Made by a program: the position numbers and the translations under genes. Positions 16,788-25,401 of a DNA stretch of 64,000 nt are shown piece by piece; positions within the stretch are counted from its first letter, which is position 1, and every line of letters begins with the position of its first letter. The notes below the pieces were generated by a model. That model saw only the letters and a list, made by a program, of their open reading frames with translations, did not search any database and had not been told where the DNA came from. Origin of the DNA: a virus; IMG/VR virus record IMGVR_UViG_3300018080_000165, positions 12,078-76,077 of that record; one strand, written 5' to 3'.

Positions 16788-16943
16788 TCAAATCTCCTTC
16801 CCTCTCAGCGCCCGGTACTTCTCCAAAGCTTCCTCTTTTGAAGCACAGCTTTTCAACTCCAAGTACCATTCCCTAGGCAGCTTCTTCCCGTGGACTTTCT
16901 TAACTGCGCGAAGGATTTTCTTTTCCTCCTTGTACCGGGCCAT
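16788..16943 (-). CDS. Small basic hypothetical protein (51 aa)
   Basis: AAGGAG RBS; MARYKEEKKILRAVKKVHG... Confidence 0.55.
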   Translation of the reverse strand: MARYKEEKKILRAVKKVHGKKLPREWYLELKSCASKEEALEKYRALRGKEI

Positions 16944-17130
16944 GTAGGTTTCTCCTTATCGCCCTCTTTGCCTTGTGCTCGATTCCCGGTGACGCTTCCG
17001 TGTGCGCGCCACTGAGAGGGATGTTCACTATCTCGCCGTTTGGCATCCGGTAAATCTTGTGACTCCCCTTGCTACGTAGGAACTTTCCCCCTTCACTCTC
17101 CACTAATCTGATTAAGGCTTTTGTCTTCAT
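16900..17130 (-). CDS. hicA: HicA-family mRNA interferase-like protein
   Basis: LIRLVESEGGKFLRSKGSHKIY...VNIP...H signature. Confidence 0.75.
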   Translation of the reverse strand: MKTKALIRLVESEGGKFLRSKGSHKIYRMPNGEIVNIPLSGAHTEASPGIEHKAKRAIRRNLHGPVQGGKENPSRS

Positions 17131-17311
17131 CGAGTTTGTCTCCAAAGGCCAATACGAACGCCCCGATCAACGCAGACGCTTCTTTTGAATTAATGGGGCG
17201 GTTTTCTCCGCTTACCCCGAACCAGGTTTCTCCGGTTGTGTCTCGGGAAACAGTTAGAGACGGACCTTTCCGCAAGTGCACATTAATTTCAAGATCGATC
17301 TCAGGCATCAC
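17093..17311 (-). CDS. Hypothetical protein
   Basis: GGAGG RBS. Confidence 0.55.
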   Translation of the reverse strand: MMPEIDLEINVHLRKGPSLTVSRDTTGETWFGVSGENRPINSKEASALIGAFVLAFGDKLDEDKSLNQISGE

Positions 17312-17428
17312 TCATCCTCCACAAAGTGATAGTCGAACGTTGATTCCGCCAGGACATACACGCGCATGTCCTCAATCCCTAAGCTGTTTGCCACACTGTT
17401 CCACAATGTATCTTACTCACCCTCTCTT

Positions 17429-17746
17429 TCATTCTCTAAGTCTCCTTTCTATCGCATCTCGGACAAAATCAAAAGTTGTCTCGGTCAAAATATAAACATT
17501 CACATCTTGAATTTGAATCTCCATGAGCGGTTCCAATCCTTCTTTAGCCGCCCGTTCAATGATCTTCTCGATGTCAGCCTTCTTCAAGATGATTTGTTTC
17601 TTGTCCGTCCTCTTACATTCCGCAAGCCACTGCGGACCTTTCACATCCCCTTTGTTGCGCCATCCGCATCCCGATCCCGGCTGGACACGCCCGTTCAACT
17701 TCTCAGCCAAGCGTTTCTCTTGTTGATCCGATTTCAGCCGCTTCAT
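17429..17746 (-). CDS. Second Hjc-like resolvase/endonuclease
   Basis: QEKRLA...PGSG...KGDV...AECK. Confidence 0.75.
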   Translation of the reverse strand: MKRLKSDQQEKRLAEKLNGRVQPGSGCGWRNKGDVKGPQWLAECKRTDKKQIILKKADIEKIIERAAKEGLEPLMEIQIQDVNVYILTETTFDFVRDAIERRLRE

Positions 17747-18855
17747 AGCGCGAACGCCTTTCTGTTCTTCTTCTGCCGCTTTTTCGCTTTATCCCCGGTG
17801 CGCTTCAGTTGGAGTTTTCCTTTGTGTACCTTCATCACATCGTTGTACAAGTCCTGCAAGACGTACTTGTCCATGTAGATTTTCTTGCAGAACTTCTCTC
17901 TCCCGTTGGCCTTGATCCCCTGATAGGAGTAGGCGTGTCCCTTCTTTCGGACAATCCCGTATACCACGGCCATGGGAAGAAGGTCAAGCGCATTGTCGAT
18001 GGTTCCCCCTTCCCGGTATCCATATGCCCGATTGTAGAAGTTGAAGAATCCCCGTTCGTTCGCGTTGCCGCCGGTCTTGTTCTTCACAACGACGAATCCC
18101 ACCGTTGTTCCCACGGCCTGTTTCAACGTCTCCCCGCTTTCCTTGATTTCCTCATAGATGTAGCCTTTGCGGTACAGCTTCACGCAGACAGATGCCGCGT
18201 GTTCAAGCGCCTTTCCCCCCGGTGCCGTTTCAGGATCGCCGAACATCACGCCGATTTGAACACGGACTTGATTCAACAAAAGGATGGTCGATTTCGGCGT
18301 AGAAGAAAGCAAATCCTTCTTCAATCGCGGAATCAGCTTACGCAGCATCTTGGACACGAAACGCGGGTGCATCCCGACACTGCTTTTCTCCATCTTCTTC
18401 TCGACTTCGAAGTGCGGTGTGATAGCACCGATGGAATCGAAGATCACCAAGACTTGATCCCCCTCGTCCAACACATCGCAAACGATGTCCACGGACTGTT
18501 CGCTTGTCGTCGGCGACACGAGAAGGAACTTGTTCGGATCGGCGTCGAGGAACTTCAACCACTTCACATCGAAAGCGTTCTCCACATCGATGTAGACAAC
18601 GTACCGCTTCTTAGGCTCTTTCTTGATGAACTTCGTGGCTCCGCAAATAGCGAGCGTGCTTTTATACGCGCTGTAGTGTCCTATGACTTCGTTTATCCGG
18701 CCTTCCACGAAGCCCCCGCCTAGAGCAATATCAAGGGAATGGCTCCCTGTGCTGAAACGCTTGATCGTCAATCCAAGTGCATCGCTGGCACGGACGATTG
18801 TTCCCCTACCGTAGCGTTTATTTATGCGGTTCATCACAGTCTCTATCGACATCAC
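17743..18855 (-). CDS. recA: RecA/UvsX-like recombinase, ends KAFAL
   Basis: STGSHSLDIALGGG, IDVE, IFDS, NQVR, GVMFGDPETAPGGKAL, KNK. Confidence 0.93.
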   Translation of the reverse strand: MMSIETVMNRINKRYGRGTIVRASDALGLTIKRFSTGSHSLDIALGGGFVEGRINEVIGHYSAYKSTLAICGATKFIKKEPKKRYVVYIDVENAFDVKWLKFLDADPNKFLLVSPTTSEQSVDIVCDVLDEGDQVLVIFDSIGAITPHFEVEKKMEKSSVGMHPRFVSKMLRKLIPRLKKDLLSSTPKSTILLLNQVRVQIGVMFGDPETAPGGKALEHAASVCVKLYRKGYIYEEIKESGETLKQAVGTTVGFVVVKNKTGGNANERGFFNFYNRAYGYREGGTIDNALDLLPMAVVYGIVRKKGHAYSYQGIKANGREKFCKKIYMDKYVLQDLYNDVMKVHKGKLQLKRTGDKAKKRQKKNRKAFAL

Positions 18856-18882
18856 GCTATCCCCTTTCTAAGAGAAACGAGT

Positions 18883-19209
18883 TTACGGGTAAACAAAGTA
18901 TGGCATCTCTACGACACTTATTGAAGCTCCACTCTCATCTAACAACTCAACTATGTAAATCTTTTCTTTCACAGCTTTTTTTGAACCATAACTGTCTGCA
19001 AAGTGTTTCGAGAGAACTTCTTTTGCAGAAGCGTCTTCGCCGACAAATCTTGTCAACACAAGAGCAAAACCCTCGATCTCGTGAGCATAGATAACGTCAG
19101 GAGGAAGAGGGTTTAGACTTCTTCCTCCATAGGTAGTGGGTTTTTCTTCACACATCGAAATCTCCTTCTTATACTCCCTGTAGATGTTTTCTACGGCTTG
19201 CTTTAACAT
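18883..19209 (-). CDS. Hypothetical protein (AT-rich)
   Basis: ORF track. Confidence 0.6.
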   Translation of the reverse strand: MLKQAVENIYREYKKEISMCEEKPTTYGGRSLNPLPPDVIYAHEIEGFALVLTRFVGEDASAKEVLSKHFADSYGSKKAVKEKIYIVELLDESGASISVVEMPYFVYP

Positions 19210-19260
19210 CTTGACAGTCAGCGTCCCACCCCCGGAGAGAAAAACTGTCCCATGATCTCA

Positions 19261-21168
19261 TTAGTTTTTCGCGGTAGCCCATGAGTCTCCGATCCCCACT
19301 GAAACCAGTAACGGAATCACAAGTTTCCTTGTCAGATTTGGCGGCGGTGTTTCCATGAGTCTTTGAACGACCTTCGCTGCTTCGTTCGCGTACTTCGCGG
19401 GAACTTCGAAGATCAATTCGTCGTGAATCTGCATAAGCATCCTGCACTTCATACTTTTCAACTCCTTGCTTGCATCGCAAAGGATCATCGCGTGCTTCAG
19501 CCAATCGGCGGCGGAACTCTGAATCTGTGTGTTGATGCATTGCCTTTCAGCCGCCTTTCGTTCCCGGAATACTTCGCTGGAAATGTTCCTGATCCTGAAA
19601 GGACGGCCACAGATGTTCTTGATGAAGCCCCTTTCCCGGCAGGATTCATAAAGCTGTTCCCGGTAGATCGGCACACCGTAATAGATGTTCCAATACTTGT
19701 CGATGATGTCTATCGCTTCTTCTTTCTCTATGAAGACGCCTTCAAGAATCAACTGTCTTTGGAGGGTGAACCACATTCCCTCGTATTGAAGAGCAAAATT
19801 GCAATTTTTAGCAATCATATAAGACCGATCGTATTTTAATTCCGCCTTAATCTCATCCTTCGTTATTCCTTTAGGCAGCAATCCTGTTTCCACTCCCGTT
19901 TGGATGTGAATCGATATTCCCTTCCGAAAACAACGGAGCATCATTTTATCCAAACTGAAGATTGCCATAAGACGCAATTCAAGTTGTTCCATATCCGCGA
20001 CAATCAGTTTGTTTCCAGGTTTCGGCACGAAGCATTCGCGGATATGAAGGATGTCCGTTTTAGAGGGAATCTGTTGAAGATTCGGGTTGGACGACGAAGA
20101 CCGGGCCGTGCGCGCTCCCACTTGCGAATAGGTAGTATGAATCCTGTTGTTATCGTCGCAGTAGAGAAAGAGTCCCGTATCCGGCCCGGTAAATCTACGT
20201 AATGAGAGATAGGCGTTGTAGTTGACAATCTGTTTCACCAACGGATGTTCATCCAGCAAATACGCCAAGCAAACCTTGTCAACTTTCGGCCTGCCTGTGG
20301 GTGTCTTCTCCACAGGTTCCAATCCCAATTTTCCGAAAAGAAACTTTCCTAGCTGTATCTTGGAATTGAGATTGAATTCCTTCCCGTTCTTTTGATAGAC
20401 TTTGGCCGCACATTTGTCCATCTTATCTGCCAAAAGACGATCTATCCTCTTGATCCCTTTCGGATTCAGTCTGATTCCCCGGCGTTCCATGCGAATCACA
20501 CCTGCGAGGCTTTCCATTTCCATCTCGAAAAACTTTCGGCGCGTTCCTTTCAACAGCATGTTGCGAACGCCGTCAACGGTCCTGGCTTTGTACCCACGCT
20601 CATATGCGTCATAAAGTTTCCACGTGGAGATAGCATCGTTACAGGCATAGGGAACAATTTCATCGATGTTCTTCATGTCCACACTGGACGTTTTTCTAAG
20701 CCGCATTCCGATAAGAACAGCGCGTTCCTTGAGCGCATTAGGTATTCTCTCGTCCCAACAGTGTCCCGCAATCATCGTGCAATAGATGGAGCGAAGATCG
20801 AACTTCACGCCGTGGTTCATAACCATGTTGATGTCGTAGTTGGCATGATGCATTACCTTGGTGAGTCTTCTGTCCGCGAAGAAAGGTTCCAGCTTCTTCA
20901 TAACGTACTGTGTGTCGAGATACGCCGGATCGAAGCTGGATAGAGGGATTCCCCATGCACGATTCTTTCGCGCGATGGATATGAACATCACACGTCCACG
21001 GTCAATAACCAACCCCTCTTTCTTAAAAGTCTTCTTTCCGCCCGGAGCATATGTCTCCGTGTCGAAAGCAAAAGCCCGCCAGAACGGATTCTTGCGCTTG
21101 CTGACTTCCTCAAGATATTCACACAGAAGACGCAAGTCCTTCTTCGTCTTGACAGTCTTTATCTTCAT
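19261..21168 (-). CDS. polA: Family A DNA polymerase (3'-5' exo + polymerase)
   Basis: FDTET exoI, YD exoII, YACND exoIII, PNLQQIP, DMEQLELR, IQSSAAD, QIHDEL. Confidence 0.93.
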   Translation of the reverse strand: MKIKTVKTKKDLRLLCEYLEEVSKRKNPFWRAFAFDTETYAPGGKKTFKKEGLVIDRGRVMFISIARKNRAWGIPLSSFDPAYLDTQYVMKKLEPFFADRRLTKVMHHANYDINMVMNHGVKFDLRSIYCTMIAGHCWDERIPNALKERAVLIGMRLRKTSSVDMKNIDEIVPYACNDAISTWKLYDAYERGYKARTVDGVRNMLLKGTRRKFFEMEMESLAGVIRMERRGIRLNPKGIKRIDRLLADKMDKCAAKVYQKNGKEFNLNSKIQLGKFLFGKLGLEPVEKTPTGRPKVDKVCLAYLLDEHPLVKQIVNYNAYLSLRRFTGPDTGLFLYCDDNNRIHTTYSQVGARTARSSSSNPNLQQIPSKTDILHIRECFVPKPGNKLIVADMEQLELRLMAIFSLDKMMLRCFRKGISIHIQTGVETGLLPKGITKDEIKAELKYDRSYMIAKNCNFALQYEGMWFTLQRQLILEGVFIEKEEAIDIIDKYWNIYYGVPIYREQLYESCRERGFIKNICGRPFRIRNISSEVFRERKAAERQCINTQIQSSAADWLKHAMILCDASKELKSMKCRMLMQIHDELIFEVPAKYANEAAKVVQRLMETPPPNLTRKLVIPLLVSVGIGDSWATAKN

Positions 21169-21593
21169 CGTCCTCTTCCTCTCTTCTTTCTAGGCGGAGG
21201 ACCAAACTTGTTTCGGTATTGAGGGCTTCCGGGCGTGATGATACCTCCCGCATTCGGCTTTGTCTTCATCGCGGCTGCTTGCGTGATTTGCTTCAGGTTC
21301 ACCACATGCGCTTGAAGCAAAGACCGATGTAGTTGGATGTTCTCGCCGGGAATGTTGCTGTCATGGACGATCTTCATGTTGAACAATCCGACGCTGTTGA
21401 TGTTGTCTTCGTACAGAATGCTCAAGCACGTGAAGTAGGAGATTCCTTCACGAAGGGTGACAACGGTACTATACTTTTGCTTTTCCTTTTCTTCTTCGTC
21501 TTGGTTTGGTACTCCCATGAGAATGTCGATTGACTTGACTTTCCCCGATGACTTCGGCGGCTCCTCTTGCGGCGTTTTTTCTTCCTCGCTCAT
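21165..21593 (-). CDS. Hypothetical protein
   Basis: ORF; ATGA overlap with polA. Confidence 0.7.
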   Translation of the reverse strand: MSEEEKTPQEEPPKSSGKVKSIDILMGVPNQDEEEKEKQKYSTVVTLREGISYFTCLSILYEDNINSVGLFNMKIVHDSNIPGENIQLHRSLLQAHVVNLKQITQAAAMKTKPNAGGIITPGSPQYRNKFGPPPRKKRGRGR

Positions 21594-21825
21594 TGGAATC
21601 GTCCTTTACTTTCAACTTGGCCAAGTGTTTTCTCAACCTTCTGAGGGTTGTCGGAGTGAATCCGTCCATACGCCCGATGTAAACATATCCAGGTTGTGCT
21701 TCTCCGTCGTTCAGCGTCTCCCTTCGATTGCGCCACATCTCAATAGAAACACGAAGAAAAGCGTGAGAATCAAACTTCTTCTCCCTCAGTCGAAACACTG
21801 GAATCGTCTTTATCTTTTTTGCCAT
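21469..21825 (-). CDS. Hypothetical protein
   Basis: ORF with AAGGG RBS. Confidence 0.6.
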   Translation of the reverse strand: MAKKIKTIPVFRLREKKFDSHAFLRVSIEMWRNRRETLNDGEAQPGYVYIGRMDGFTPTTLRRLRKHLAKLKVKDDSNERGRKNAARGAAEVIGESQVNRHSHGSTKPRRRRKGKAKV

Positions 21826-21835
21826 CGCTTTTCCC

Positions 21836-21890
21836 TTAAAAGTAGGGACAGGGTGGAAGAGGCTCGCAACTCAACCACCCTGTTCCCCGA
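21836..21890 (-). terminator. Hairpin/terminator after SSB gene
   Basis: ACAGGGTGG...CCACCCTGT stem then short T run. Confidence 0.5.
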
Positions 21891-21919
21891 GACACCCCCA
21901 TTTAGGTAGGAGAGGATGT

Positions 21920-22888
21920 CTAATCCTCGTCCATCTCCGCGCCTTCGCTCAGACGGCCACGAATGACCTTCTTTGCTTCCTTACTCTTTAGCGGAGCGTA
22001 GTATTTCTTGAACCTCTTCGTGAGATTCGGCAGTTTCTTTTCGTCGGCCTTTGCCGGACTCTTCTTTTCCGGCCAGAAAGTGTAGGCCACATTCCGCCGT
22101 TCCCCGGTTCGGCTGACTTCAACGAGCCACAGAGGCAGCTTGTCCTTTTTCTTCTTGCGGATCATCTGAATCTGTTTGTGCCGCGCTTCGTTGACTTCGT
22201 AGAATCTCGAATTCATCCTCACGACTTTCTTCGTCGCTCTCGAACGATATTTAGTGAAGTCAACGACTTCGTACAGGAAGACGACGGAACGAGGGATATT
22301 CTGTTGACAGAACAGACACGAGTCTTTTTCCGAACAAGTGTACTTCGGAAAGACAGCCTTTCCCCCTCTGCTGCGAGACGGAACCGTGTGCATGAACAGC
22401 ATGGCAATCGGTTCGTTGCTGCGAAAGCGGAAAGTCTTCTTGTCCTCCTTCTCGGTGAGATAGGTCACAGGACGAAAACTTGCAGCGACTTCTTTCTGAT
22501 GTGTTTTTAGGCGGCGATCCGCCTTCTTCCCACGATGATACCAACCTTCATCGTCGTCTTCCTTGTCTTCGTCCTCACTTTCCTCATCCTCATCCTCATC
22601 CTCTTCGTCTTCCTCATCCTCCTCATCTTCGTCTTCTTCGTCTTCCTCATCCTCGTCCTCTTCCTCTTCATCCTCCTCGTCTTCTTCATCCTCCTCTTCG
22701 TCCTCTTCCTCTTCTTCGTCTTCCTCCTCTTCGTCCTCTTCGTCCTCTTCATCTTCTTCAACTTCAACTTCTTCGTCGTCGTCTTCTTCCTCTTCGTCCT
22801 CTTCATCTTCGACAGGACGAGCAGCCTTGCGCTTCTTTTTCTTCGTCTTTTTCCGTGACTTCTTACTTCGGCGAGTCCTTTTTGCCAT
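21920..22888 (-). CDS. gp32-like ssDNA-binding protein with basic+acidic N-terminal extension
   Basis: FRF...H...YTC...SCLFC Zn site, RTGE motif; ~85-aa Asp/Glu tract. Confidence 0.7.
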   Translation of the reverse strand: MAKRTRRSKKSRKKTKKKKRKAARPVEDEEDEEEEDDDEEVEVEEDEEDEEDEEEEDEEEEEDEEEDEEDEEDEEEEDEDEEDEEDEDEEDEEDEEDEDEDEESEDEDKEDDDEGWYHRGKKADRRLKTHQKEVAASFRPVTYLTEKEDKKTFRFRSNEPIAMLFMHTVPSRSRGGKAVFPKYTCSEKDSCLFCQQNIPRSVVFLYEVVDFTKYRSRATKKVVRMNSRFYEVNEARHKQIQMIRKKKKDKLPLWLVEVSRTGERRNVAYTFWPEKKSPAKADEKKLPNLTKRFKKYYAPLKSKEAKKVIRGRLSEGAEMDED

Positions 22889-23051
22889 GACTGCGTGCTC
22901 CTTTCTCTCTGTATGCCTCGACAATCTCCCGCAACGTTCTTGCCACTGACGGCCTTCCCCCGTCCCGTTTGGCCCGTTCCTTCGCTTCACGCTTCAGAAA
23001 AGCAAACTGTTCCTTGCTGAACTGACCCATGTAGCGGATAAAAGCGGACAC
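22863..23051 (-). CDS. Ribbon-helix-helix-like regulator
   Basis: YMGQFSKEQFAFLKREA...SVARTLREIVEAY. Confidence 0.55.
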   Translation of the reverse strand: MSAFIRYMGQFSKEQFAFLKREAKERAKRDGGRPSVARTLREIVEAYREKGARSHGKKDSPK

Positions 23052-23085
23052 ACTTCCCCCTTCCTGCCGACGTAAGCCAGTCCAC

Positions 23086-23113
23086 ACTATAGCAGACTGA
23101 TAGCGTGCTGCAA
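23086..23113 (-). promoter_or_regulatory. Putative promoter
   Basis: TTGCAG-N16-TATAGT with TG extended -10. Confidence 0.55.
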
Positions 23114-23132
23114 GCAGTAAAAACATATTCTC

Positions 23133-24083
23133 CTAAACTCCTAGCCAGTTGGAACTTGTGAGGGCTTTAATGATCTGGAGATGGCTGCAAGAGCCAGGGT
23201 CTTCTTCCGGCCAGCGAACGTGCTTCAGGGGGCAGGAGCTACCCAATGTCATTTCCAGTATCGTCGTTCCCTCGTTGCCGTCCTCGTCATTGTCCAGTCC
23301 ACCAACGAACGGTCCACCGATCTCCCGCAACTGTTTAACTTGGGCCTTTGAAACTTTGCAGTTCCCCAACCCGACGCCCAACATCCGGGTCTGCTTGTAC
23401 GTCTGACTCACTCGTATGGCATCGATTTCGCCCTCCACAATGACGTAGGCCAACGGTTCGTATCTCTGCCACTTCATGTGGCCAAAAAAGAGATGGTTGC
23501 TTTTCTTCAGCCCGAAGTATGGCATGTATCGTGGGATGCCGCTTTTGTTCACAATCGATCTTCCAGTGCATCCATAGAAATTCCCATCCGAATCATACCA
23601 CGGAAACATCACACGATACTGTTCAAGATCGTAGCCAATCTCGTGAAAAGTCTTGGTTAGTGTACCGGATTTTCGGTACAACACCCCACGCTGCCGAAGG
23701 TACGCATGAGCGAGTTCGAGATTCTCTCTTGACGTGAAGGGCGCATATCTCGAAGGCAAGACGATCTCGATTTGCTTCTTGTCTTTGCACGCGAAAAGAA
23801 GATTCTCCCTGTCAGTGAGTTCTATCCCGTACTCACCAAAGTCCTCTATGAACTCAAGCGCCTTCTCAAGAGTGAACTTCTTCAGTCGAGCTACGAGCGT
23901 GAGGAGCGTGCCGGAAGCCCTGCACCCGTAGCAATTGAATATCAGTTTCTCCGTGCTCACGCCGAACGAAGGACGATGCTCGTCATGGAAGGGACAAAGG
24001 CCGGTTATCTCGTTCCCCCTTGAAGTCATCTTCAGCCGCTCGATCTTCAACGTGTCCAACAAAAACATGAGTTCGTCACTTTC
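23133..24083 (-). CDS. DnaG-type primase
   Basis: CPFHDEHRPSF/CYGC Zn finger; TOPRIM VEGEID and DND. Confidence 0.9.
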   Translation of the reverse strand, partial: ESDELMFLLDTLKIERLKMTSRGNEITGLCPFHDEHRPSFGVSTEKLIFNCYGCRASGTLLTLVARLKKFTLEKALEFIEDFGEYGIELTDRENLLFACKDKKQIEIVLPSRYAPFTSRENLELAHAYLRQRGVLYRKSGTLTKTFHEIGYDLEQYRVMFPWYDSDGNFYGCTGRSIVNKSGIPRYMPYFGLKKSNHLFFGHMKWQRYEPLAYVIVEGEIDAIRVSQTYKQTRMLGVGLGNCKVSKAQVKQLREIGGPFVGGLDNDEDGNEGTTILEMTLGSSCPLKHVRWPEEDPGSCSHLQIIKALTSSNWLGV

Positions 24084-24096
24084 CATCACGTTCTCC

Positions 24097-24537
24097 TCAA
24101 AACGAATTAGAGGCTTCCCCATGTTTAGCGTGCCATTGACTATGGTGTGCAACACAAAGCCATCTTACGTTAAGTGGTTTAGCGTAATCGTCGTGATGTG
24201 CATGAACTTTTTTTGATCCACAAATTACACACGGTTGACGAGATAACTTCCCATTTTTAATAGCACGAAAAACAATGCATGTAGCCTTATTCTTATTCGG
24301 ATAGCGTATTACATACTTTTTACCGTAATCTGGCGATTGTCTATTTCCCCGTTTTCTATCGAACGCCCGATAATACTCAATCCGTTTAAGTCTGTTTGCT
24401 TTAACATCTTTTTTCGTACATTTCTTACACTTATTCACACACCCGTCGCGCATTTCTCTGTGCGCATAAAAATCACACAGCTTTTGTCGCTTCCCACACT
24501 TGAAACATATTTTCGTTTTTTTCGTTTTTTTCTTCAT
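24097..24537 (-). CDS. HNH-type endonuclease with Zn finger
   Basis: CFKC...CKKC; CVICG...AHHDDYAKPLNVRWLCVAHH; AT-rich. Confidence 0.75.
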   Translation of the reverse strand: MKKKTKKTKICFKCGKRQKLCDFYAHREMRDGCVNKCKKCTKKDVKANRLKRIEYYRAFDRKRGNRQSPDYGKKYVIRYPNKNKATCIVFRAIKNGKLSRQPCVICGSKKVHAHHDDYAKPLNVRWLCVAHHSQWHAKHGEASNSF

Positions 24538-24576
24538 CTCAACACCTCCTGCCTTTCTATGTACAAAAGTATTTTC

Positions 24577-25398
24577 TCAGAAAGGAGCTACGTCGTCCGG
24601 TTTTTTCGCCAACAGTTCGGGAAACTCCTTGAATCCCTTCGGCCTAGTGTATGAGTACACAGGAAACGAATGCACAGGAAACGACACGTCCTCGAATCGA
24701 ACTTCAGCACCTTCCACAACACGATTCGGAGATTTCACAACATACTCATCCCATTCTGCTATATCGAAACACAAGTCCTCCACAAACGCTTGAAAAGGCG
24801 CGTCTCTCAGCTTCTCCAGAAAACGGTGTCCGATCTGAATCACTTTATACTCCTCTCCCTTTTCATTGCGCCAAGTCTGATACTCCCGATAATAGCACGT
24901 ATCCGGCTCCTCTCGGCAAATACGGTCTATGATCGTCCAATGAATGATGTCCAAGCACTTGACGCTGGCTAGGACTCTCTCGATCATGTGCCGGACGTTC
25001 TTGGACTCTTTCACCAAATTGAGAGCCGTGTACGTCCACAGGTAGTACACCACCTGATAGTTCTCCCCCTCGTAAGCATGTTCCTTTACGAGTTCTTCGT
25101 ACAAGTCGAATTGCATACTGGACAACTTGAAACAATGACTTCTCTGTGCCGCTTTGCTTTCGATATACGTCCTAGTGCCGCTGTTGAGAAGATCGGGACA
25201 AAGGTCGTTGTCCGAATCCGTGGTCAGACGCTTCCACCGGTTTCCGCCGATCACAAGAGACAGGCGTTCGAAAATCTCCCCCGTAAGCTGCGCCGCGAAC
25301 TGAGGCTTATTCACTTTGTTCCTCAACGTGATTCCAGGAAACAGATATGACCCATCCGCGTCACGTTTCCTGTAACGCCGCGTCACTCGTATGTTCAT
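24577..25398 (-). CDS. Restriction-endonuclease-like PD-(D/E)XK protein
   Basis: GEIFE...CPDL...YIESK. Confidence 0.55.
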   Translation of the reverse strand: MNIRVTRRYRKRDADGSYLFPGITLRNKVNKPQFAAQLTGEIFERLSLVIGGNRWKRLTTDSDNDLCPDLLNSGTRTYIESKAAQRSHCFKLSSMQFDLYEELVKEHAYEGENYQVVYYLWTYTALNLVKESKNVRHMIERVLASVKCLDIIHWTIIDRICREEPDTCYYREYQTWRNEKGEEYKVIQIGHRFLEKLRDAPFQAFVEDLCFDIAEWDEYVVKSPNRVVEGAEVRFEDVSFPVHSFPVYSYTRPKGFKEFPELLAKKPDDVAPF

Positions 25399-25401
25399 GG
25401 C

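Noticed and set aside
18655-18685. RecA Walker A GHYSAYKS as inactivating
   Set aside because: T4 UvsX has an aromatic residue at the same position (GPSKSFKS), so activity is plausible
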